From: Nageia nagi
Lineage: Eukaryota > Plantae > Pinophyta
Assembly: GCA_050084985.1 (NCBI GenBank)
Contig: JBITNC010000001.1
Location: 27,900,001-27,964,000 of the forward strand
DNA: 64,000 nucleotides
Reading direction: 5' to 3'
The position numbers were made by a program, and so were the translations under genes. This document shows positions 37,671 to 51,477 of the stretch, one piece after another. Numbering within the stretch: the first letter of the stretch is position 1; the number at the start of each line of letters is the position of its first letter. The notes beneath the pieces were generated by a model. It ran no database searches. It had not been told where the DNA came from and saw only the letters and a program-made list of their open reading frames with translations.

Positions 37671-40432
37671 TGTAACATCCCTTTTGTACTATAGAAAAAT
37701 ATTGTAAGAGCCAAAAGGCTCATCTTAATAACATCCCTTTTTGTAGTTTGTTTTTTCTTTTTTTTGTATAACTTGGGATGAGAATTAATTGGTCCATGGA
37801 CCCCACTGTAAGCCCCTAGTGGGACGTATCCCTCCCAAGTGTAGAATAGGATATATTAATGTACTTGGAGATCCCAGACTTGATTGTGGAAATCCCAAGC
37901 TCTTGTAGACATTAATTAGCCAAGATAGAGGATTACATGCTTGTGCTAGCCTTGCAGAGCTCCCTAGTCCCCACGTTGACCATTCCAGACTCCTAGGCTT
38001 CCACGCATGACTCCCAATCCTACGTGGGCATGCATGGCCCTTCTATACCCTGCGCTAGCATTTATGGCACCCAAGAATCCCACGTTGGCATGCCTGACAC
38101 CTAGGCACCCACGTTGGGCATCCCGGGTCCTTTGGAGGCTAACGTTGGGTCCTTAGAGCCTAGTGATGATTCCAAGGTGAGATCCCAGACTTGGTGAAGA
38201 GTATAAGAAGATATGGAGGCTCATTTGCTGGACACACTTGATCATTATACCTTTACACTTCTACATTGTCCGGTGGACACAGCCTTAGCGGAGTGCTAAT
38301 TGTATTCCTTAGGTGGAGCACCTAAGAGGATTGTCAGGTTGAGAGATTTTGGCAATCTACGACATTGGTGGAGCACCTTTGCCCATCCGGTGGAATTTCG
38401 AGTTGAAGTCTCTACCACTTGCATGGTTATCCAAATTTGAGGAGGGCCCCTTCGATTGCGAGTAGTCAGATTGTGAGGAGGTGATACTGTCCCATTGTCC
38501 ATCTAGTATCATCAGGAGAGTTCGTCTAGCCTAGTTCAACTCCCAGGAGGCTAACGTCAGCCCTTTGGGCTTGGTTTTGTATTGATTATCCATTGCATAA
38601 TATAATATAAGCCTTGGGCACTTTGAATCTCAGTCATTGTTGAGTACTTATTCATATTGTGGGATCGTTTGGCCTTATTGCATTTTTGTATTACTAAGTT
38701 GGCATTATTGGGTTGTAATCGTTGTGATAAGTTAAAATAATGACACTCCAAATTCCCCCAGGGCTGTCACTACCCTCCCCTTAGTGATCCTCACACCTGT
38801 TATTGTGAAGGGACCAGTTAACTCAAAGAGCTGGTACACCAACACTCAGGAAAGCCTTTAGTTGCCTCTCACTAAGTTTGGAATATCAACATTTATCCTC
38901 TTCATTACTTTTATCAAATCCGGGAGGTGTTCAAGGCTGTATGCTATTGAGCTCTGCTCTCTAAGCTGTATCTACTTCAAGCAAGATGGCAGAAAGCAAA
39001 TGTGCAGAACTGAACGTTGCAGAATTGAAAGTACAGGAATCTGAAATACTAAAAGAGAGACAAACTGGAAAATACTGAACTTAAAGCAGACTCACATTTA
39101 AACTTGGGAAATACAGAAAGATAAAAGAGTCTTCTACCAGTTGGAGTGGGCCCTTGCTCCTCTTAGTGGAAGACTTAAAGAACTCAGAACTGGAAACTCT
39201 TTAACAGATCACTTTATTGCTGCATGCAGTTCGTCCTACATAGAATGTGCTTGACAAATCTAGAGCTTCAACACAATAATCTATTCACACAATACTCTCT
39301 TAATTTTCTAACCCCCCCTACCATCAACAACTGAGGTATTTAATATCCTCCATTGTTTAACAATAGGCTGGTCAAAAATAACAATAATCTGAACAATATT
39401 CAGAATCCCTTATTCCTAGAATCAAAACTAACTTAGTGCTAAAATCATCATACTAATAAATGTATGCTCTTATTTAAGGAGAGCTACAATCCCTTGAGAA
39501 AAGGACAGCTCATCCAAATGAGATGGCACTATCCTAGCTAGACATAAATAGCCTAACACATAGATTCTGGAGTCAAACATACTCCACAAAACAAGAATTG
39601 ACTCTGAGAATATTAGTGTGTTTGAAATCATGCTTCAGGCTAAATCTGGAGCAGTTCGATTTGCACAAATGTAGGAATTCTGCCAAGTGGACATAGAGCT
39701 GCTGATAGGGTCAACTGAAATAGTCAATCTTCCGAACTTCAAGTCTGGAATGGGTGCTTCAGATGAGTCTGGAGCGGCAGCTCCAGACATGTCTAGAACA
39801 GATACCTCAAATGTGTCTGAATATGAGCCTTAGCCATGTAAAATGAACTTTGAATGTGTCTGGAGCGAAACTCCAGACAAAGCCAAGAACAAGGATTGGA
39901 GCTTCAAACAAGTCTGGAACAAAGACGCCAGACAAGTTTAACTCCACATTGCCAAGTATGATACCAGATGTGTCTGGCGCTGAGCTCCAGACAACTCAGA
40001 AGTCATTTGAAAACCTTCCTGACAATGCTTGTGAACCAGCCATGTTGCCACTCAGCACTCCAAAAAGTAGAATGAAGCATTTTGACTTAAAATAGACACA
40101 CAAATATCATCAGTACACACAAAATACCAATAAAAGGAAAGTATGCATTCCATCATAAATTAAGCAAATAAGTAGTTAAGCAGTTTGAATTCATCAGTTG
40201 TATAGTGTCCAAATATACAAAATAGATCATAAGACCAGGTCAAAAACAGGTGGTTTTTGAGACTCATCACGTTGCATATTGTGCATACTGGCTCATCGTT
40301 GGCATTTCTTGTTTGTATTGAGCTTGTGGAAGCCCAATGTTGGCACTCGTGTATACACATTGGATGATATAGTTTGATTTATTTTGCAATTAATTTACTA
40401 ATATTTGCTTGAAATCTATTTGGATCATTACA
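37671..40432 (+). mobile_element. solo LTR inserted in copia 2 (same family as 4776-6350)
   Basis: TGTAACATCC...GGATCATTACA with perfect TSD ATGTT. Confidence 0.9.
38725..40269 (-). mobile_element. solo LTR nested in the 37671-40432 solo LTR (1545 bp)
   Basis: TGATAAGT...ACTCATCA inverted ends with perfect TSD CGTTG. Orientation is inferred. Confidence 0.85.
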
Positions 40433-41461
40433 ATGTTGTAGCTTCCAACAATCAAGCACTCAATGTTCATGTTTCGAATGTCACGACTCTTTGGCATCGA
40501 CGATATGGATACATGAATCCCAACTACTTGGTCACTCTGCAAAAGAGGAATATGGTAGATGATCTTCCAACTATTGCCTATCCTACTAACATTTGTTCTA
40601 CTTGTGTAACAGGGAAACACTACAAAATTCCATTTAAGGCTAGCACACATTGTGGTGAAGGACCTGTTTATGTGATTCATTTTGATCTGCGCAGACCCAT
40701 AATGGCTAGCCACACTAGGCTCAACTGGTCCTTCTATTTGTTGATGACTACTCTAGAAAGATGTGGGTCTATTGCTTGAAAACAAAGCATGAAAACTTTC
40801 AGTGCTTCAAGGAGTTCAAAGCTCATGTGGAAAATGCCACTAGTCATCATATCCATGTTCTTCCCTCAAATCTAGGGGGAGAATATAGCTCAAATGAGTG
40901 TTTTGCATTTATAGAACAAAATGCAATTTTGTGATAGTTGACCACACTTTACACACCACAACTAAATGGAGTTTGTGAATGATGAAATTGAACCACAATA
41001 GAAATGGTGAGAAGTATGTTGAAAGATGCAAAGTTGAATGGAGCATTTTGGGCTGAACCAATCAAAACTGCAATATATTTGTTGAATAGAGCACCTTGTA
41101 AAGATCTTGAGGTAAACTCCCGAAGAAGCATTGGCAAGAGTGAAACCATCTATCTCTCTTCTTTGGGTATTGGTTGCATTGCCTACATGCACATTCCCAA
41201 AGTGCAAAGGAAAAAGTTGGATGACAAGTCCATGAGGTGCATTCTTCTTGGGTATAGTAGTCAATCCAAAGGCTACAGACTCATGGATCCTACTACTCGA
41301 AAGATATATATATAAGTAGAAATGTTGTTTTTGATGAGATTGGTGATCCTCCAACTAGTCCACCTATAGCACCACTTGATCCTAACAGTGGTTCTATCAT
41401 TATTCTTGATGACATGGATAATGGGAGAGAAGTAGTTCTAGTTGTGAGCTTGCCACTTGAG

Positions 41462-42614
41462 TGTAATATCTCTAAATTTATCCAACCTTGTAAATAAATA
41501 AGTTTCGCTTGTTATTTTCAAAGATAGGGGTCAAAAATGTCATTTAGTGTGTTTTGCTATATTGCATCATACATAGATGAGTTATATGGGTTTATTAGTG
41601 TGTTTTGACATGTTTTAATGTTAGTATATGGGTTAGTAGGGTTAGTTATGGAGTTGAGAGTTTTTTATTGCTAAAATAAGGTATTATTAAATGCATGTGG
41701 CTTTGTACACGTGTTGGCATTTGTAACTGCCATTATGGCAAATTAAAGTCTTATTCAATTATTGGGCAAGTTAGTGGAGTTGAAAAGTCAAGATCCAAGA
41801 CAATATTTAATGTTTCCAGCAGTTGTAATTGTCATATACAACAATGTGATGTTTTCGAAAAAAGTGGAGGCATTAGAAGAGAGTGGTATGGCTCCAAGAT
41901 TAAATCCTAGCCATTCAGTGAATCTAAGGTTGAGATTTAATACTTCTTTCTTATCCTTGTTTATTTAAGGAAGGGAGAGCTCATTTTACAGGTAGCTTTG
42001 GAATTGATATATGTTTATTTGGAAGAATACTTGTGTGTTCTTGGGCTTTTGTCTTGGCAAGAGATCTGGCTTTTGTAGGTTTCTAGATATACCTGCAAGG
42101 GATTTGTGTTTCCATTGGATCTACCACTAGAGAAGCTAGGCCAGCTAGTTTGATACTCAGGAATTGTTGACAAATCCAACTAGGGTTTGTATTTGTTCTA
42201 AATTTGTGTGATTTTCGGAGCTATCTGCAGATCAACTATTTGAGGGCATCAAAAATGAGTTTTGAGGGTAGGGACAACCTCCAAATCCTCTCTAGGTGGG
42301 ACACCCAGCCTAGAAGAGTTTTCCTGTGGGATTTGCAACAAGAATTGGGCTCTTGTGAGCCATATCAAACCATGAGAGGATTTAGAAAATTCAGAATAAA
42401 TTTTTACACCATTTAGTTTTAATCTTGGTCCTTTGTAGCCAAGCACTCAGCCGTTTTTGGCCAGATCTGGTGTTGGAAGATTTCTACTTTACAAAAATAA
42501 ATAAATCTGAATTATTTGTTGTCATATTTTCAGATTTTTGGGCAACTAGGGTTTGAAGCTAGGGTTTGAATAATTTTCTGTAATTATTTCTATATATTTG
42601 GTTGGTATATTTCA
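41462..42614 (+). mobile_element. solo LTR inserted in copia 2 (1153 bp)
   Basis: TGTAATAT...ATATTTCA with perfect TSD TTGAG. Confidence 0.88.
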
Positions 42615-43987
42615 TTGAGCCACTTGATAACTCCAAACGACCTACATGGTACAAAAAAACACTGTAGGATTCACACTTGTGTGCTCCACCAAACACTTCT
42701 ACATGTAGACCAAGGACATGAAGCGTGGTTCTTGAGGAAGTGTGTTTGTCGTTGATGAGCACAATGGTGAACACTCTTGAACCTAAGACAGTTTGTGAAG
42801 CCTTTGAGCTACCACATTGGAAATCAGCCATGGATGTTGAGTATGATGCATTGATGAAGAACAACACATGCGAGCTAGTAGATCTTCCATGTAGTAAGAA
42901 GACTATTGAATGCAAATGGGTGTTCAAAACATAGTACAAGGTTTATGGAGCACTCTATAAGCACATGGCTCGACTAGTTGCCAAAGGATATGCCTTAGAG
43001 TCTAATTTAGATTACGAGGAGATAATTTGTTCCTACAACCTAGATAAAGACCATCATAATTGCTTTTGCAATGGTTGCACAGTTTGGTTGTAAAGTACAT
43101 AAGCTAGATGTAAAGATTGCCTTCCTGAACGGAGACTTAGAGGAGGAAGTCTACATGCAACAACCTGAAGGATTTGTTGTTGATAAAGTAAGAGAAATGT
43201 GTGTAGATTGATAAAGTCTCTGTATGGTTTTAAACAAAGGGAGATAACCATAGTTGTAATGTATGTGAATGCTTTGGCCATCATAGGGAGTAGTAAGGAG
43301 TTGATCTAATCTTGTAAGAATGACCTCAAAAAATCATTCAACCTTGGTTTACTTCACTATTTCCTTGGATTGGAGGTTTGGCATATGCAAGATTGTATAT
43401 TTGATTCATAGATGAAGTACACTAAGAGTTTGCTGGAGAAGTTCAAATGATAGATTGTCAACCGATGTCCACACCTATTTAGCTTGGTTTATATTTGTCA
43501 TGTTGGGATAGTTCTCCACTAATGAATGCAGCTCTCTGTTGTTAGCTGATTGGAGGGTTAATTTACCTTGCATATACTAGGCCAAATATTTGCTATGTTG
43601 TTAGCTATCTTTCTAGGTTTATGCATGAACCTAAGAAAGCACATCGGACAACGACCAAGCATGTGTTGAGATACGTTCGTGGTACGTGTGACTAAAACAC
43701 AACATGCCTCAAAATCTTGTGATTTTGGGGACTCTTAACGCCTCATGTGAACACAATATCATGTTGTTGTCTCATCTAGTCCAAGTGATGTCGCAATACC
43801 TAGCTTCAATGTCGAGTCCCCTAGGTTCAAGCCTCGTTCTTCGCCTAGGCTTAGTCATACCAAGTCAAAAATCGAAAATTCCTCAAAAAAATGGCTAAGC
43901 TTGGAAAACCAAAAGTCAGCCTTAGGTCAATCATTGGAGTCCAGGACGAGTCAAGACAGAGTCAAGCGAAACTGGGCCACTCCTAGG

Positions 43988-44960
43988 GTTGGCACATTAT
44001 TTCAAAAGACAAAATCTTGTCTTTTGGAAACATGTGACTAGGTCAGGGAGCTGTCCAGATAATTTAGGTCAGTCTTGAAAAGATAATTTGGGTCACTTGT
44101 AAGCCCAATGCATGCCTCCAAAAGACAATATCTTGTCTTTCTAGAGCATGCACCAAGGACTAGGAGCAGATTGGACCGGAACCAAGTTCAAAAAAGACAA
44201 TGCAAAGACACTACAAGGCTGGCACATGATTTAAAAAGACAAAATCTTGTCTTTTTGAACCATGTGACTAGGTTGGGAGGAGGAACAAGACAAGTTCGAA
44301 GATCAAGAAGTGAACTCCAAGCATCCAGGAGGCTGGCGCATGCCTAAAAAAGATAAAATCTTGTCTTTTTGAATCATGCGCCTTACCTAGACAGGCTTCT
44401 AGTTTGTTTGAAGATGAAAAAATGGCCTAGGTATGAAGCCCAGAATTCAAAGTTCAGCTCTAGCACCTCTAGGAGGGTTGGCATATGATTTCAAAAGACA
44501 AGTTTTTGACTTTTTGAACCATGTGCTAAACCCAGTAAGCCTCCAGGAACGAAAAAATCATGAAAATTTTGCTAAGGCATGGAGGGAAGAACTTGCAAAC
44601 AGGGAAAACTAGCCATTGAGAGGTTGGCTCATGATCCAAAAAGTTAAAAACTTGACTTTTTCAACCATGCGCTCAAACTGGGCAGGCAGGAGAGGTTGGT
44701 GCATGCCTCAAAAAGACAAAAACATAACTTTTTGAATCATGCGCAAACTTTGAGGAGTGTCCAGGTTGAGCTTAAAGGTGAAATTTGACAAGCTTGGGCA
44801 CAGAAAGAGCAAAAATCAGGATAGATCTGGTTAGAGGATGAGCTTTAGGGTTAAGATGAGTAAGCAAGCAAGAAAAGAAGGCCAACGTGGGAATAGCACT
44901 CATCGCCAAGGCTGGCGCATGATCCAGAAAGATAAAATCTTGTCTTTTTTGGGCATGCGC
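43988..44960. repeat. array of ~8 palindromic repeats (GGCxCATG..AAAAGACAA-aatc-TTGTCTTTT..CATG) with variable spacers
   Basis: Copies near 43990, 44110, 44220, 44335, 44478, 44625, 44697 and 44913. Confidence 0.88.
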
Positions 44961-45345
44961 CAATCCAGAAGGAGCCCTGGAATCCCCACGTTTGCTCGTA
45001 GCCGATTGGACATGAAATTTGGTGCATGCACACATCCTGAGGTCGGCCAGATGGATGTCTAAGATGAATCTGTTTTCTTGAGCCAACCGACTATGGTTTG
45101 CTGGAAACCAATTTGGGCTAAAAATACAAGTCTGGGGACCTCATTTTCACAAATTCAAATCGCATTCCTTTTCTACTTTTGCACTAGAATTGTAGAAAAT
45201 TGCAGGTTTTTGAGTTTGAATTTCACCATAGAATCCTAGGGCTTGCGCAAGCATTTGGAAGAGAAGCCAATCCAACATCGGGGGCCCTCTCCACTTGAAA
45301 ACCCACGCATCACCCTTGCAAGACCTCGTTGCAAGCTTGAGCGTC

Positions 45346-46741
45346 ATGACTACTTCCAAGAGCAATTCAGCTAAAGACTTTGTTAGGGACCTTGAACGGT
45401 TGAGACAAGATTGCATCATCACCATTTGTGAAAGACAAGACCCCCTTCATCAAGGGGCTAGATTCTCGAGGAACGGTCTTGCTACCATCGGAGACATAGA
45501 TTGGTAAGACTTTGACCCTATGCAAATGTGTCAATGACCTCAAACAAGACATTGTCTTCTTCTCCCGGCTTTCCACTTGTGCATTCATTCCATTCATAGC
45601 ACCTTGTCCTGAATTGTGCATGGATGTTGGTCATCATTAGCAGAATGGAGAGAGAGTTTTCTATGACATCAAAGGAAACATCATTATGGACTCCAGCCTC
45701 GATGCCATTAAATCGACATTCCAATGGACTTCCGAGGGAAATTTCAAGTACAGCGAAGCAGTCACTAGCATGCTACCAAGAGACACACAGGGATGTTGTT
45801 GCAATCAAGAATTGGATGCTCAATGAACACCATGGACATAAGGGGAACACTCTCATAAATGCCCCCTACTCTAATTTCTACCCTTCAGTTGAGTTGATGA
45901 TCTTGATGTTGTGCAGAGTTCTCGGGAAAGAAGATGCTTCCAAATTCAGAAAAGTGTTCTTTGGCTTTTTTGTAGAGATGGCTCTAGGGAAAAGGATGAA
46001 GTGGAACAAGGTGTTGAGTGACACAATTGTCGATCAGTTATCATCCATGGGCACCACATGCAAATTCTACCTGAATTCCTACCTGGTATACATGTTGCTC
46101 CATGACAAGTATAGGACTACGACTAAAGGGGAAGTGGCATGGATTGAGAAAGGAACATATGCCATTTGGAAGTGCTACCCTAAATGGAAGCTTGAGAGAA
46201 TATGGGATAGTTTCATCATGAAGAACGATAGATGGGAGTATGCGATTTACAAGGAGCTCAAAGGAGAAATCACGATGGCTAGGATCTATAACTCAGCCCA
46301 GGATGTGTTGAAGAAGCATGGGGACTTATTCCTCTATCATCAATACTATTCTTACATTAACATCCATGGGTCAATCGTGCAACCATATTAACTACCAAGG
46401 TTTGTGAGCAGCAGAGTGCTATTTATGGAGATGATGAGGCAGTTGGCCTATTTGTACGAACAAGAATGGTAGAAGAAATCGGCTACTTCAAACCTGCCGA
46501 TCATAGTGGGTGAATATTAGTGCAAGACTGGACAAACGTTGACACCATGAAGGAGGAGTTGGAGAGATTCAACTTCAAGAAGAAGCTTGCCGCCAACCAT
46601 TATGACCTCGAACACAGGATTCACCAGTTGGGGAGGAAGAAAGTATATGAACATAAGTCACTTAGAGAAGAAGAACCTTTCCAGAATGCGAGCAATGAGG
46701 TAGAAATGAAGAAGATCCGTGAAAAAATGGACAAGGATGCC
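45346..46741 (+). pseudogene. retrotransposon accessory ORF, copy B, N-terminal part (continues ~52918-54712)
   Basis: ORF 45624..46391 (FYPSVELMILMLCRVLGKEDASKFRK...WNKVLSDTIVDQL...KFYLNSYLVYMLLH) is homologous to 34151..34777 and 48516..49070. Confidence 0.78.
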
Positions 46742-46923
46742 TGTTGTGCTTGCACAACACCCCCTAAAATTTTTTCATTTTGAGGACCCTTGAAATTAAA
46801 ATTAGGAAATGCATGGAAGTAATATGTCAAAAGGAAATGCATATGTTTTGGTCTAACTTCAGGAAACATGTTTAAACTGCTCTTTTGTGGTCAAGTCAGG
46901 TCAAAATTGTGCGTTTTTCAGCT

Positions 46924-48325
46924 TGTTGCATGTTTTGGAGTGAGTCATTATGCACCCAACTCAAATGTTGCGACCAGCCCCTTGCTCCATTTTCATCCTC
47001 ATTCCTTGTATTTTCATGTCCTAGCATTGCATTTTTGAGGATCCTCCGTACTACAAAAATCTCTCTCTCCCTCATTGCATTTTATATATGTGTCGTTTTG
47101 ATCAAAATGCAAGGAAAATCGTGTTTTTTTCAGCTTTTCGCATGGTTTTAGGTGAGTCCTTTAGCACTCATCCAAAATGGTGCGACCAAGGTAAAAGCCA
47201 CCTATACATAGCATTTTTGTTGTATGAAAAGTTGTCGCATGTTTTTGAGTAAGTCCTTTTGCACCCATCTGAAACCATGCGACCAAGGAGGAAATTTCAT
47301 ACTTAGTGATTTTGGGGCCATGAAAAGTTGTCGCATGTTTTTGAGTGAATGCTTTTGCACCCTACTCAAACCAGCGACCAAGGAGAAGTTTCTTATACTT
47401 AGTCATTTTTGAGGTCACAAAGCTGTCGCATGTTTTTGGACGTGTCCTTTTGCACTCTATTCAATCCATGCGACCAAGAAGGAAAGGGACTTAGCCTCTT
47501 TTTTGGCAACCAAGGCTAGTCGCATGCTTTTCAGTGAGTGCTTTTGCACCCTACTCAAACCATGCAATCAGATTCATGAACGGAAAATTGGCTAAGTGTT
47601 GAGTCCAGTTTGTTGACAAGTGGGAATTCATGCATTGTACCTTCTGCCGCACCTATCATATGGTGACAATTGTCCTATCTGGAGGGCTATAAAAAGGAAG
47701 TCAGCCTCAGTAATCTAGTTTGCAAATTTTTCTGGAGTTGAGCGTGGGACTAAGGGAGAAAAGCACCCTCTCTAAAATATACGACCTATATCAAACTTGC
47801 ATTTTTTGAGATTTTTGTGAATTTTTGGTCTTGGGAAGCATGCCAAATCCCTAGGCGCAAGGTTGAGATGCATGCTTTAGCACCCTCTCAAAACGGTGCG
47901 ACTAGGAATTGGACTTTAGTTTCAACATGGAAAATTGGCTAATTACGTAAAAGTAGTTGCATGCCTTTCATCACATGCTTTTGCACTCCTTTAAAACCAC
48001 TCACCCTTATTTTTGGTGCATCATTTGACCCCTAGATTGACCAATCCGGAGTTGACATGTGGCAGTCTAGAAAATTATAAGTATCACCTCATCCTTTGTC
48101 ATTTTAATCACTTCATTTCAGGTTTGCCACCCTTACCCTAGTCGCACCATTCCTAACACATGGTTTCGCACTCATCTAAAACAGTGCGCCAAGGAGAAAT
48201 AAGGTATTTCAGGGGACGTTGTGCATCCAATTAACCTTTTTCGGCTGAGGCATTTCATTATAGTCCCTAAACCTAGTTGCATGGTTTTCAAGCTTTGCTT
48301 AAACACTCATCTAGATCCATACGCC
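46924..48325. repeat. array of ~10 palindromic repeats (GTCGCATG-TTTTTGAGT...CACxCxxCTCAAA-CCATGCGAC)
   Basis: Copies near 46925, 47138, 47233, 47328, 47424, 47518 (core spacing ~95 bp), with degenerate copies near 47850, 47955, 48140 and 48275. Confidence 0.85.
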
Positions 48326-48329
48326 TAGG

Positions 48330-51300
48330 GACATGAAGGGAAATGTGATCATGGATTTCTCCCTTGCAAGAATTGAAGTAGCCTTTGGCTGGAGAAGATA
48401 TGGGGATGATTATACGTTGGCATACTCTGAGGAATTACATGATTCTACAGCTCGGCCTGGGGACTACACTCGGCCTTGGTTGTTGGATGATTATTAGAAT
48501 CTTCAAGGCCAGAGGTTGGTTAGCGTGCATAGAGAGGAGTTCTTGCCTGTTATGGCTAAGTTGATCACCCTCTTGTCAAGGGTCACTGGTCAGGAGAACG
48601 ACACTAAATACTGGAGGGAGTTCATGGGCTTCATTGCAATTATCAGCTCAGGGAGAGCTATCCGATGGGCTTGGGTAATTAGTGATGCCCTACGCAATCA
48701 GTTAGCCTATTTTGGCTCCTCGAAGAGATTCTATATGAACTCTTATCTTGTGTACCTGTTGTTGCATGGTAAGGTCAGATCCTGGAAGTTGACTGACGAG
48801 AGATATTTGGGGCAAAAGAATACCCCTGTGTGGCGAGCCTCCCAAAAGTGGTGGTATCAAATTAAATTCCAGCATTTCTGTGAGAGGAATGATCAGTGGG
48901 AGAAGGATATCAAAGGGGAGTTCGTGGTGAAGAGGATTTCTAATGCAGCTATCCAAGCTCTCAGTGTACATGCAGATTTCTTTCTGCACTATGTTGACTG
49001 TACATACATCAGAGTCTATGGCTCAGAGAAGCGACCTCTGCTCCTGCCAAAATATGCCAATGATAGATGATCCTCATGGAGTTTGCTAGGCAACTTTTGT
49101 TCTTGAAGGAGAAAGTTTGGAAAAAGAAGAATGCAACTATCAATTTACCTATCTCTATTGCCAAGTATGTTAGTCAAACGTGGGTGGAGGTAGCCAACAT
49201 GAAGAAGAAGTTGCAACAGTATGCCTTTTCCAAGGAGGCCGTTGTAAGAAACTATGATCCTAAGGGTTTAATTGCTCGTTTCTATGACGTTGCATTCCAC
49301 AAGCCTATCGCATTTCCGCATAAGTCTTTGGGGAATGAGGAGAGGTATAGGAACGTGCAAGATGAGGAGGAGATTGCACGAATAGATGCTCTTTTGAGCA
49401 AGAAAAAGGCTTCCTTCCAAGAAGAAAAGCCACTTCAAAGATCGCAAACTACAAAGACTAGATTGAAGGAGGTCTCTCTCAGGATCAAGCCGTCTCCTTT
49501 CCTTGTTCGCATTGCATCTACACCAGGCAAGATATCCTTGCTTCTTCTTGGAAAGAGACAAAAGACTGCGAGGAAACATGTTCTAGGTCCTAGCAAGCGC
49601 AACGCAATCATAAATGATCTTAAGGACGCTGGCTATCACGCCCTCCCCTCGAATGTGCTAGATGATGTAGTGGGTGAGGCCTGTGCTAGTGATTCACCCA
49701 TCGAGGCAGTCCCTTCTAGACTTACTCATTCTCCTGGATATAGGGAGAAAGTCCCTCCTTTATAACCAAGTTCTAGTTCCAATTCTGAATGTTCCACTTC
49801 TTCTGATGAAGAGACTGATGAAGAGCCTTACCGTATAGTGGAAGATTTTGGAGAAGAATTAGAAAGCCATGGTGGAAGAGAAGAAGAAGATGATGATGAT
49901 GGTGCTACAGGTGTTCCAGGGCAAGAGGATGTAGCTGTAGGTGCCTCTGCACCCGATGAGACAAAGATTGAAACTCTCTTGGATGATAATGAGATGGTCT
50001 ATGTTGGAACATATGATGATGACGTCCAGATTGTTGGAGAAAAATGTGCCAAAGAAGCAGGTGCCTCCAAACCTTCTCTTATCGAGCATAGGAAGAAGTC
50101 CCCTTCCATGTCACATAAGTCCTCCACAAGAGGACAAGCCATAAGAGATCTCCCCAGCTGCAAAAAAAGGGTATATTTATAGGCGGTAATGGAGGAGATG
50201 AAGAAGATGAAGGAGAGACTGAGGAGCAGAAGAAAAAAAGAAGGCAGGAAGAGCACCAAGGTAAGGAGATCACCATCGTTTAGACCACTCTAGCGAAAGA
50301 GTTTAAGAAGATTGACAAAGGACGGTTGTTGGTTTAGAGATTTTCTCCCCAGCCAGCAACTGAGCATCCAGATCTTGACCTAGATGCCTACCTTAGAGCC
50401 CTCAGCATGAGAATGACTCATGATGAAGATATAGATGAGGACCTGCGCTTTGAGGATGGGGAAGAAGAACTCTCAGACGGTGAGAAGATTCGAAGGGTTG
50501 ACACTTTTGTCTCCACTTCTAGAAAAGAAATCTCCATTAGTCATTTTTATTTGAAGGAGAAACACCCTCAGAGAGAAGAGTACTACGTCATTGAGACATT
50601 CAAGATGCTTGTGAAGTGGGGTTGACAGCTCGAAAACACAGTCATGCAAAATGCTGCAGTCATGGAATAGGAAGGCTACGAAGCCAAAAAGGAGGTGAAG
50701 AGATTAAAAAGGGAACTTATGGCTAGCAAGAAAATCATTAAGGAATTCCAAAAGGTCAGTACCACCCCCTCAAATCTGCAGAAGTAGACCTCCTTCCATG
50801 AGGGTTGGGAAGTGATAAAGGAGCAATTGAATAAGGAAGTGATGGAGGCCAGCGAGAGATTGTCCTCTTGAATTTACAGGCTCCTTGTTGAAGGTGTTGA
50901 AATCAGGGATCTCAAAGCACAAATTTTAGCACACCTTGGCACCATGAATGGTCATCTTCCCAATGTCTCTCAGTTGCAGCATTTTTATGCTGACAATCCC
51001 GAAAAGCTAGACTATTGCCACAAGTTCACCTATCATCATGATTGGTTGAACCACACACTTGAAAAATGCAATACGACCTTAAAAATTAGAATCCCCTTGA
51101 GAAAGGAGGTCGAGGAACAAATGAGTGAATATGTCTATCAACTCAAGTTCCAAGGGGAGGACAACAATGTGAGAAAGTAGGAGGCAATATTGGCAGAAGC
51201 TCAGAATCTGTTGCACGAACATCTTGATATCGATGATCTCAGCTTGTTGAAGGTAGGGCATCACATCGTCCATGAGAGGCGGATGGTCATCTAGAGGCAT

Positions 51301-51477
51301 TATATGTAGACTATGCCCAAGAAGATAGATGATTATTTTTGACAGGATGGTAGCACTGTTAGCATGATTTCTAGGGGCATGCGGAAGGCTGTGGCATTCT
51401 TGCAATAGACCATTGAGTCGTATGGTCTTACCGGCGAGGAGTGGAACTCCGCCAATATTGGATCAAATCTGACCTAA
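48330..51477 (+). pseudogene. retrotransposon accessory ORF, copy C
   Basis: ORFs 48516..49070, 49067..49765, 49838..50182, 50407..50625 and 50944..51180. Motifs RFYMNSYLVYLLLHG, YIRVYGSEKRPLLLPKYANDR and RVDTFVS...EKHPQ are shared with copies A and B. Confidence 0.78.

Noticed and set aside
42540-42570. TAGGGTTT motifs as interstitial telomere
   Set aside because: Isolated telo-box-like copies inside an LTR, not an array.
43988-48325. Repeat-spacer palindrome arrays resembling CRISPR
   Set aside because: Repeats are degenerate, spacers are irregular and partly related, there are no cas genes, and the context is a plant LTR.
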